Origin: Camelus ferus
Lineage: Eukaryota
Length of the DNA: 64,000 nt
Assembly (NCBI RefSeq): GCF_009834535.1
Contig: NC_045696.1
Location: forward strand, 89,406,001 to 89,470,000
Direction: 5' to 3'
Part shown: one piece after another, positions 26,001 to 36,432 of the stretch
How the letters are laid out: every line of letters begins with the position of its first letter
Numbering within the stretch: the first letter of the stretch is position 1
The notes under the pieces: model-generated
The model's database searches: none
What the model was told of the DNA's origin: nothing
The model's input: only the letters and a program-made list of their open reading frames with translations
Position numbers and translations under genes: made by a program

Positions 26001-26864
26001 GCTCCTGCTCTTGGCCCCGGGTCCAGGAAGTGAAGGCTGCTGTCTCCCTCAGGACCCAGCACCCCGACTCGTGTGTGGTGAGTCTGCTCGGGAACTCCGG
26101 GTAAAAGGCCCATGTTCTGTTTTCCTCCCACTCTTAGTTTAGCCAGAACTGCAGGGAGACAGATTTATTTATTCCTCTCACACGAAATATCCCTACACTG
26201 AATTATTCTTCCTGAGGCATTTATTACTTCCCTTAAAAAATTACTTAGCCTGACAGAGTTGCCTGGTGCTCTATTCTCAATCTGATTTGCATCTGAGACA
26301 ATGACACGTCTTAAAATCAGCCTTCTTAAGCTGCAGGGGCAAGAGTCCTTCACATCACTGGAAAGAGGAAACGGATGCCTTGTGATAAGCAGTCAAGCCC
26401 TCTGTCCCTGTTGTCTGTGAGGGTCAGCACCGTTTTCACCTTGAGCCCTCACGTTGACGGTGCGGGCTCCTGGCTCTCTTGCAAGGCCGTTTCTAGTGTG
26501 CGGGGATGCTCTGTGGCCTAAACAGCCCCCCACCCAAGGTGAGACAACACGTCATTACAGACTGTAATTTCTACTGAGAACTAACAGACATCAGGAAGGA
26601 AGTAACTTTATGAGGCAGAAAATTAAAGAACTCACTTCCAGCCTTGTCTCTGCTTTACCAGAGTCAGGATACACGCCACTGTTTTCTGCAAAGCCAAAAA
26701 GCAAATAAGGTATTGATTGAATATAAAAGAAAAGAGATTCTGGTAGTAAATAATCACTAAGAAAGTCTGAGTGCCTAGTCTAGAGGGTCAAAATAAAATT
26801 GCTTTCCACATAAGTATTGCTTTTCTACCCTGTGCTCTTGTACAGTGAGCAAGGAAGTGGATTC

Positions 26865-27020
26865 AACTATATTCAGTATCTTATAGTAACCTATAATGAA
26901 AAAGAATATGAAAATGAATATATGTGTGTATACGTATGACTGAAACACTATGCTGTACACCAGAGATCGACGCAACATTGCAAACTGACTATACTTAAAC
27001 TAAAACAACAACAACAACAA
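26865..27020 (+). mobile_element. L1 3' UTR fragment with (CAA)n tail
   Basis: actatattcagtatcttatagtaacctataatgaaaaagaatatg motif. Confidence 0.8.
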
Positions 27021-27835
27021 AACCCAAGGACCATGTTATAACCATTGGCAGAGCATTGTTCTAGAACAGAGGGCTGGCTGTATGCAGAGACGTATGCTAC
27101 TGGAAAGAATTTCTTACAACCAATTAATTAGCCCTGGTGAATCTTCTCCTACCAGAACTACTAAATGAAATCCCTTTCAAGTGTTTGCTCAGAAATTAGG
27201 AGTGAGAATTTCTTTTCCTTCTGCAGAGCCAGATCATTAATTCACAAATTATTTAATATAGTATTAATTTATACCAACAACTGACTATAAGCTTCAATTA
27301 AAATATCCTGAAAAACTCATTACCCATCAACCTATCTCATAATGAATGTGTCATATCCTATTTAGAAAAAATAAATGAACGTCAGTGCAAAAGGTAATTG
27401 CGTTTCTAAGCAGCTGAATTCAGCTGGGGTTAAGAGTCAGAGCATGGCCTTGAGGACTGCAGACACCCAAGGCTTTTCCAGATGGACACCAAAGTCATCT
27501 CCTGTGGTCACTTGACAATATGTGTAAATCCATAGTCTTGTTTCTAGTATGAATTAATTGTTTGTTCATGATGAATCTTATTTTGACCCTCTCCAGTTTC
27601 TGCCCCAATGGCTAAAGGAAAAGATAGACCAGGGGACAAGAGTTAAATCAAACTGAAGAGATCCATGAACTGAAAACGTGTGAGTCACCAACCTAGAGAA
27701 GATTTTCTTGAGGAAAGAGGCAGGGCTTTTAGAAGCAGTGTGGCATGATGCTTAAGAACACAGCATTTGTCTTCAGAGACCCGAGTCTGTGTTCTAGCTC
27801 TTCCTTAAAGGACTATGGCTGTCCTTGTTAGGACT

Positions 27836-28270
27836 TGTATTAGTTGCAATAACGCTAGCTGTGGTAACAAAGAGATTCAATGTATAATGGGTCGAACATA
27901 ATCAGAGTTTATTTCTGACTTCTGCAGCCATCAGAGGCATATTCGACTGGACAGCAGGCAGCTCTCTTCATGCAGGAGACTCAGGGACTCAAACTCCTTC
28001 CATACTGTGGCTCTGCCTTCCTCTGGGTCCTTGTGATTGCAGCAGAGAAAGATGAAGCAAGGAGAAGGCAAACCCCTTCTTCAGAGCCTTAGCTGGAATT
28101 AAGACACATCACACTTATTCACATTCCATTGGTGAACATCAGTCACGGGTCACATCCGAATACAAAGGGAAAAGTGGTCCCCGTGTATGTAACCACTTCC
28201 CAGGGACAACTCCTAGCTGTGAACATGGTGGGGCGGCATGAGTTTCAGCATATGGTAGCTATACCTGCCA
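27836..28270. mobile_element. Old MLT1-type LTR fragment
   Basis: ctagctgtggtaacaaa...gtttatttct...gactcagggactc...cacattccattggtga motifs. Confidence 0.55.
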
Positions 28271-29783
28271 TAGGGCTGTTCATCAGGGACAGCAGAGATG
28301 ACAGCCTGCGGAAGGAAAGTCTCTGGGATCGTAGATCAAACATCTGGAGAAGTGAGGGACTTAAGGAAGAGTCAACCAGTCATGGGGTTTCAAGCGTGAA
28401 AACAGTGAGAGTAAACCTGAGTCAAAGTCAAGCCGAGGGGCTCCTCCAACAGCTGAGAAGAGAGGCATCAGGCATCAGGAGGAGCAGAGAGATGCTGGTT
28501 AGTGGAAGTATTAAGAGGGTGGGTCCCAATGATCAGTTTCTCTTCAAGAGAAGACTCTGCCTGGTTCTGGGCTGAGGGCTATTGTTAAAAAGGTGGCTGA
28601 GGTTTGCCTCTACCCTCAAACAGGAAATAGAGAAAATCTGTATTCAGGATGTAGATGACAATCTGTGGAGGCTGAGTTTATGTGTGGGTGTGGGAGTGTG
28701 TGTGTGGGTGTGTGTGTGTTAAGAGAGAGAAACAGTTGCATCAAGGAAATGACACCTATGCTCTTTCAAGATGGAAATGAGTTGCTGTTTGTCAGACAAG
28801 GGGCGTTGGTTCAGTTTTGTTGTAAGGACTCGAACATCTCTGCAATGGTCTCACCTGTCTTACTACCTTAATTAGCTCTCTGTATTTTGAAGTATCTAAA
28901 TATAATACTAAGTAATAGTTTAAGAAAAAAAATGACGTACTCACAGAATAAAAGCACAAGCAAATGTGAGTACAAGCATGTTCATTGCATCATTGCTTTT
29001 AGTGGCAGAGATCTGGAAAGATCCTTATGTCCATCATTAAAGGGAATGGCTAATAAAGCATGTTCCAGCGTACTGGGCATTACTATACAGCTGTTAAAAA
29101 GACTGGCTCAGATCTGTATGTACTGACCTGGAAGGATGTCCACAGATAAGGCAGAGCAGTTGTTTTCTGTGAGCCACCTTTGTATAAACAAACTGAGACA
29201 CAATGTGTGTATCTGCTCGTACAGGCATGGAAAAAGATGTGTAAGAATGTGTTTCAAGTTTTAACATCGATATTCCGGAGGAGGGAGAGGGGCTTGAAGA
29301 TTGAGGTGACTTTTTCCTTAAGCATCTGTTTTGTAAATCAGTGACTGATAAACAAGAAAAACCCCCCAAGGACATGTTAAATCTCAAAAACTGGTATAAT
29401 ACAGAATGCTTCCTTCACCCAAACCCTGATCATTTACCTCTCTCCTTTCAGCAATTATTGGGTATCTACTGGGTGCCAGTCCTTTCATGGACACTACTTT
29501 GTTCAGTCTTTAGAATAATCCCAAGCGATAACATATGATAACATAGAGCTTTAGTGACTTGCTTAAGGTCTAACCACTAGGAAGATGGTGGTCAGCGTTG
29601 TGCCCAGTCCCTTCTGACCCAGAGCCTGCGTATTGTCGCTCACACCTCACTCTCTTAAAATCAGGAGGAGAGGTGACCCTATTTTTTTTATGTCAGGAAG
29701 TCTAGTACCTAAGTGGTAAACTAGTAAGGGTCCTAGTTGACGTATGTAAGGATGATGTGGTGCGGATAAGAATCCTGTTGGGA

Positions 29784-29908
29784 GAAAGGGTACAGCTCAG
29801 CGGTAGAGTGTGTGCTTAGCATGCATGAGGTCTGGGTTCAATCCCCAGCACCTCCATTAAATAAACACATACATGAGTAAGCTTAATGTTCTCTCTTCCC
29901 CAAATAAA

Positions 29909-29940
<32 letters not shown>

Positions 29941-29976
29941 TAAATAAATAGAAATAGCCACTTAAAAAAAGAAAAA
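29784..29976 (+). mobile_element. tRNA-derived SINE (camelid type) with (TAAG)n tail
   Basis: tacagctcagcggtagag...gggttcaatcccc. Perfect 16-bp TSD aagaatcctgttggga (29768-29783, 29977-29992). Confidence 0.92.
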
Positions 29977-30627
29977 AAGAATCCTGTTGGGAATAATCCT
30001 AAGCAAAGGGACTGGAAAGACCCGAGAATATCCTTGGAGGTGAGCCATTGGGTGACAACTGTACCAGGGCAGAAATGTGAAGGGGACACTGGTACCCTGG
30101 TGTAATCTCCTTTGAGGGTCTCGGATGGTGGGAAGAATTGCTCTGCCTTCAGCTGGCTTTGACCGTGAGGGTGTTGAAGGGCGCTTGTGGGTGTGACCTC
30201 ACTTCCTTCTTGAGTTAGCGGCGCTTTAGGTATCTGATCATGGGCTCAAACAACTGAAGGGTTAGAGGCCATGAATTTCTTCAGAACACATTTCTATCCA
30301 GAGAGATTGCATTGCTTAAGACAAAGAGAAAACTCATTTCTAAATTTTTATTGGAATTGCCAATTCTGGCAAGGATTAAAAAAAAATTGAGATCGTCTTT
30401 CCTGGTGGCCTGAGTTCTAGCGTCAGGATTTCAGGTTGCAGATGTCACTGTAGGACGTTTCGGTCACACGACCCCTCTTCCTTGGGCTCAGGCATTTTTG
30501 TCACACTCTCCCTAGGTCAACTGTCCCCAAAAGTTACAAATTAATAGAAATACATTTTAATTAGAAAAAAATAGAAACTAAAAAAAAAAATGGTCAAAGA
30601 AAAGAGAAGAAAGAAAAAAGTCCAAGG

Positions 30628-30790
30628 CATTGGTTCTTAACATTAGTATAACCAAGAGACCTTTAAAACCCCTGATGCCCAGGCCACACCTCAGACCAAT
30701 TGTATCAGTGTGTGGGTGGGACCGAGGCCCCTGTGGTTTCTAAATTTCCTCAAGTGATTCCACTGTGCAGCTGAAGACGAGAGCCGCCGG
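30628..30790. mobile_element. MER5A-like hAT MITE (similar copies ~34415-34592 and ~58035-58200)
   Basis: tggttcttaac...gatgcccaggccacacctcagaccaatt..atcag...caagtgattc...tgcagc pattern. Confidence 0.65.
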
Positions 30791-31511
30791 CTTAGTGACG
30801 GACATCCTCACCCAGCTGCAGCAGCGAAGGCCCAGCCACTGTGCCTGGATCTTCAGGGCTGGGGTTGCCCAGGGGTCACCGACAGCTGGTGTAGGAATTT
30901 GGGGCTCAGTTAGAGACCTTGGGGTAGAGAGGAGTTTGAGCGCCACCCGTTAGCTTAGTGGTGAGTGACCTGTCCCGCTCAACAGCCGACTCTCAAAAAC
31001 CAAAACATACTTGTGGGCTGCATTGGTTTTCTCTCCCAGTTGACGAGAACTTGATTGAGACTCATGAAGAAACGCTTCATGCTTCAATTGAAGAGGGCCT
31101 ATTTTGCTAAGTAAGAAGGCTGGGAAAATTGGCAACCCTAAATTACTTAAAATAGCCCTCTGGGTATTTATAAGAACAGAAAATGGGGCCAACTGACTCA
31201 ACTCCTATCTTCCGGTCACATCATGGACCTTCGAGTGAAACCAGGTGGTCTGTGGGTGGTTCTGGAGCGTTGGCTGCTCATCTCCGCTTTGGTTTATGGT
31301 TCTCCAATGCCCCCATGGACATTCGCTAATTATATCATTTTTTCTGAACCTCTCTACCTAGTGAGAAACTGCCTGTCATCTGCTTTAGACTTGGCATTTT
31401 TCTTCATGTGACCAACAGAAGTGTCTGAAATGTGAGACATGGCAACACTGGCCTTGGGAAAAGTGTCACTGAGGGTGTCATTTGTTCCCGTGGCAAGTTT
31501 GGTAAATGCAG

Positions 31512-31620
31512 ATTTTTTTAAACTTAAAAAAACATTTTTAATGGAGGTACTGGAGATTGAACCCAGGACCTTGTACATGATAAGCCACGCTCTAGCACGG
31601 AGCTGTACCGTCCCCCGCTG
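31512..31620 (-). mobile_element. tRNA-derived SINE (camelid type)
   Basis: atggaggtactggagattgaacccaggacc motif. Lies about 300 bp past the SCHIP1 poly(A) site. Confidence 0.85.
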
Positions 31621-31945
31621 AGAAGTGCAGCTTTGATGCAGTTACCGGCTCTGGGAAGCCCAGCAGCTAGTAAACAGCAGGGACAGCGGACTCTGAGCAG
31701 AAGCAGAAGTGCTGGCTCTGACGTCTCCCTGGATCACTCCCTCATACACACACACACACACACCCCGTCCACAATCCACAATCTTCCTGGCGATTCGCTG
31801 CACTGCTAGTCCCTGGGGCCCTTTGTTTGTTCCCTGGTAAAACCTTCCCAGCGGGGCTTTCGGTCGAGGAGGAGACAGGAGGGAAGCCAGAGAGCCAGCG
31901 TGGGGCTTGCTAGTGAGCAAAAAGACGTATCCTATGAAACAAAGT

Positions 31946-31958
31946 TTTAATTTTTATT
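31946..31958 (-). terminator. Distal polyadenylation signals of SCHIP1 (AATAAA 31953-31958, ATTAAA 31946-31951)
   Basis: Sense strand reads TGTATAAATATGTAAAATAAAAATTAAAACTTTGTTTC: two upstream TGTA (CFIm) motifs followed by both hexamers. Confidence 0.8.
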
Positions 31959-32317
31959 TTACATATTTATACATAAAACTCTCAGGGAACCCTCTGGATC
32001 CAACAGAATGTTAATAGCACATCTAAAAATGAGCTTCAGGTAGTCAACATTCACAAAATGTTGAAAACTGATTAAAATATACATATTATGGAGAGCTACA
32101 ACTTCACTACGAGGCAGGCAGGTATTTTTTGACTTGGGTAGCACCGTCATTTTACAGTTCTTTAAAACTACAGTGAAGAATGAAAGCAGTCAATGGTAAA
32201 ATCCTGCTCCAACTCAAAACCTCTAAACAAATAAAAATAAAGTTAAAACTACCCTCTTTGAGTAACCACGATTTGTGATGGTGTCAGTACTGTACAGTTT
32301 TCTTTTCGTAACAATAT

Positions 32318-32323
32318 TTTATT
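32318..32323 (-). terminator. Candidate proximal poly(A) signal AATAAA in the SCHIP1 3' UTR
   Basis: tttatt on the + strand about 200 nt after the stop codon. Usage is not demonstrated. Confidence 0.4.
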
Positions 32324-32525
32324 AAAATGCCTGATAGTTAGTGGCACAGTACAAAAATGAAAATAAATTAAGAAGCAAAGGCCAATCACCGGACGTTAAG
32401 CTTCAGACATGATCAATGACTAACACTGACATTTGTTTGTTTCTGCGCCACCTTTAGCAACAGCATTTTTACAACCACAGAAGCAAAATAAATTCTAGCT
32501 TGTCCTCTGGTTGGATGGCTTCTTT

Positions 32526-32577
32526 TCACTTTGCCGGCATTTTCTCTGCCATGTGCTTCTGCTGACTCTCGGCGTGT
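32526..32577 (-). CDS. SCHIP1: SCHIP1 last coding exon, (R)HAESQQKHMAEKMPAK-stop
   Basis: Acceptor ctcacag|A CAC GCC GAG and TGA stop at 32526-32528. The six exons total 705 nt = 234 aa + stop. Confidence 0.96.
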
Positions 32578-35500
32578 CTGTGAGATTAATAATATGATTA
32601 TTTAGTGCTAAGAAGAAAGAGCCAAACCAGCAGCTAAAACATCCTCCAAACCAAGGTTCGTTCAGAGTTACTCATAGTGAAATCAAGAGAATCAAGAAAG
32701 AGTTACTCAAGTCAAATTGATTCGCCTGCTTTCAATGTTTATATTCTATGTAGATTCCTAGTGAGCCACTGGATTAACCTGAGACATGGATCTGTCACTA
32801 CCTTTGGGAAGAAACGTGCTGCATTTAAAAATGAAAGAAGAAAAGCAGCTGGGACAGTTTATTCAGCAAATGTCTAGTATGTGCCTGCTCCGCGCCAGGC
32901 GCTGCTCGGGGTGCCAGGGACTTGGTGGTGAGCAGACAAGGATGCCTTTGTTCTCGGGGAGTCTATATTCCAATGGAAAGAGACAAGAAAGGAACAAACC
33001 GCAAAACCAGGAAATGGGAGGTAGAAAATGGGTGCTAAGCAACAATCAAAAAAAGGTGTTGTGACAGAAAGCAACTAGTGACTACTTGAAACACAGGCGC
33101 ACAGACACAAATCTAAGTATTAACCAGGCTCCTGTTAATAATCCGATTTCAGTCTCACAGAGGCTAATGTCTTCCTAACAAATGATAGCCCTTTGTGGAT
33201 GTAAAGATTTTCCATGTTGGCATCCCCCTCCCTCTCCTCCCCTCCATCAGTCCTAACGGCATGATTGGCAGGGAGGGCAGGGGCAGGGCGGTGAAGTCTT
33301 CTCACCCTTCAGGCTCAATAATGGCCTGTGAGCCCAACTTTGGGCCAACACAGCAGCTGGCCAGTGCAGACGGGGTGGGAGGCAAGACCAAGCTGCTTAC
33401 ATCACTTGAATGAGCACTAATTAAACGTCTCCCCAGAGAGTGGTAGGGTCTGAAGGCTGCAAAAAGACAAACGTTTTGAAGGAGGATCTTAGGGAAATTA
33501 TAAATTGGGCAAGAGAAGAGCATCTAAGAGTGTGGTTTCCAGTTGTCATCAAAGATTCAGGGGCAGTTTTTGCGTGCTGCCTAGGCTACGTCAGTGACGT
33601 CAAGTTTAACTCATTGGTATTATGCATCTATGGTACAGGGAAGACAAACCACAAACTTTCAGAAATAAGGAAGCGGCAGCAGTGTCCTTGCCACACACAG
33701 CAGCCCACAAATAACTGGTGATGTTCATTTAACAATAAAAGGTCTCAGGAAAAAGATATCAACAGCACTCTATGCCTAAAAAACTATGCCTTTCAGCAGA
33801 CCAGCTCTTTTTTGTGTGCAAAGAGTTGATCATTTTCATAAAGTAGCTCATGGGCCTCACTTAAATTCAGCTCAAGAAATATTTTGATGCCCAGCAGCTA
33901 AGATTCCACTGTAGCTAATTAAATTATAGCTCTTACAGCAGCCTTGGCTTTAAAATCTCTGTGTGTGTGCGCGCATGCACAAACAGCACGGGATTTTCTG
34001 AGCGAGACGGAAAGAACAGACAGGAAATAGCTTCAGAAAATACTGGTGTGTTATCTTGAGACATACATACAAGGGTGAATTTCATTAAAATTTTAAACAA
34101 AGGAGGGGAAGAGTTTCACCCCATAAAACTAAAAGGTTCTCATCAACTATTTATATGATAGTCTTTATTAGGATTTATTTCACTCAAACCCCACAGACTT
34201 CTTTTTATCAACAATCGATATTAAGGACCTACCATGCACCTGGCAGGCTCTGTCTTAGGCTCTGGGGACACAACAATGACTGGAAATGGCAGCATCTCTG
34301 CTTTCAGGGGGTTTACAGTCAGGCAGGGAGAGACAGCAGGCAAAAATAACACAATATGATGAGGCTCCACTTGGAGGGATGCTATGTTGTCAGGAGCACA
34401 GAGAAGGGACCTACCCTAGTGGTCCTCAAATTAGGCCGTGCACTGGAATCATCTGAGGAGCTTAAAGAACTCCTAATACACAGGCTACTCCACAGAACGA
34501 TTGAATCAGAATCTCTAGGAGTGAGACCCAGGCATTAGCATTTTATGAAACATCCCAGGTGGTTTAAATGTGCAGCCAAAACTGAGAACTGCAGAGCTGA
34601 ACTGCCACCTGGAGTGGCAGGAGCTAGACAGGTAAAGGGAACAGGTGAACAGGCTTCCCGCCAGTCGGGGGAAAACTCAGGGCCCCTTTAGGGACGTTTA
34701 AGTATCCTTAGAATGCTCCATGGGCAAAATTATACTTCTGCAGCCAAGAATGGACGTAGAAACTCCCCAGCTGCTCCAATTTAAAGGGTTCCTCCAACAC
34801 CTTTAAATTAGTGACTTCTTTTCTCTGAACCCCACGGTTCTGCCTGCCCTGTCTCCCATAATCACATCATCTGAAGGTATAAACAAAATACACTGTGAAT
34901 CTAAATAATAACAAGACACTTTGAGAGAAGGGAGGACCCTCTGAATGTTGTCTTTGCAAGGAGGATGGCCAACGCTGCCTAGAGAGGCAGAGAAACAGTC
35001 TCTGCTATCATAGGCAAGTCACAGTGTTTACAATAGAGTTGACATATTTTTCAGAAGAAGCAGGTGCTGGTTGTATATTTCACCACGAATTTCCCATAAT
35101 CTTAACCCCTATATGCAAATTTCTAACCCAATAAAAAGGGATGCGTCTTGTAGTTGTTGGTGCAGTGCCTGAATACACCTGTAAGGGCAACAGTATTATC
35201 TGAGTGTTACTGTGATATCTCACATGCAGGCAAATATACTAAGAAGTTAGGAGAAGACCTTCAAGGTTTTTGGCTTTTTTTTTAGGGGCAAGGCAATATA
35301 ATATCCAAAGCATATGAAACAGAGTGCTGCCCATAGATCTTTAAAACCAGCCTAAACATAGTTCTGCAGTATCTATTTTGCTACTATAACTATTTCTGTA
35401 ACATTGCATTTAGAAAACCATTTTACCCAGTGTTACGCACTGTGAAGAGGTCCCTGCCATGGGTGCTGAGAGCATTTTTCACTACATATGTTTTCAAGCT

Positions 35501-36338
35501 TCTCTTGGATGGTCTGGATCATGTGGTTAATTCCTTATGTTATTGTGACAAGCAGTGTTCTTTCTTTCATTGGGAGCCTTCAACTCTCTGAATACCATTT
35601 CTGGGATTAACAGGAATTGTTGCCTAAGGTTTAAAGACTTCCCATAAACTTTCTCAGAACAGGTAACGTAGTAAATCTGAGAACAGGGATGCTCACAGTA
35701 TTTCATATACTTTATATACTTGGCTTTTCCACAAGGAAAACTACAAAGAAATGCAAGATCTTGATCAGCATTAGCCAAATTTCCTTATCCTCTAGGGAAG
35801 AAAGCATTCTTTACCTCTTTAGAGAGAGGCACTTGGAGCCAGTCCCAGCTAGAAACGCACATCTTGGCGTTTCCCCATAGTGAGAGCAATCTGGTGGCAC
35901 TGGTGCTGGGGAAAGATGCCAGTGTCCCTGCCTTCTGGGCATGGCAGATGTGATCAAGAGTCAGGTCACATAACAGCAAGGGCCACTTGGTGGCACCCAC
36001 CACGTGCTGGAATCATGCCAGCATGGGATGGCTTAGGGCCGACTCCCCAGGGGATAGTCCGTCAGGATAAAGTCTTCCCAGGCCAGAATTGCTGACCTGA
36101 TTTAGGTGGGGGTGTATGACGTTCTAAGGCACTGACCATCCATCACAAGCAATGCATTTGGATAGGAGCAGCTTTGGCTGCTTCCCTTCCATCTAACCAG
36201 CTGACACCAGCAGAGATTAGGCGAATTACTTATGGAAGAAGGGAAGAAGTTCTCTAGAGCTCACTCTTGCCTTAATTCTTAAACTTCAGACCATCCCAGG
36301 CTTCTTTCCTTCTTTGGAAAGGGTGAGGCACCACTGAC

Positions 36339-36432
36339 CTGGTCAAGTCTTCGATGTCTACCAGCATGGCGTCCTGCTCCGTGTGCAGCTCATCTCGGAT
36401 GAGAAGCAGCTGGACCAATTCTTCATTCAAGC
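36339..36432 (-). CDS. SCHIP1: SCHIP1 coding exon (94 nt), (S)[30 protein letters not shown](R), leucine-zipper coiled coil
   Basis: Lies within ORF 36272..36469. Acceptor ccccag|GC and donor ACC AG|gtcagt. Phases match both neighbours. Confidence 0.97.

Larger units (their letters stand above)
31930..32525 (-). other. SCHIP1: SCHIP1 3' UTR
   Basis: AT-rich sequence with no recognisable repeat, running from the stop codon to tandem poly(A) signals. The 3' end position is approximate. Confidence 0.85.

Noticed and set aside
29788..29856. tRNA-like sequence with A and B boxes
   Set aside because: It is the head of a SINE with a tail and TSD, not a tRNA gene.
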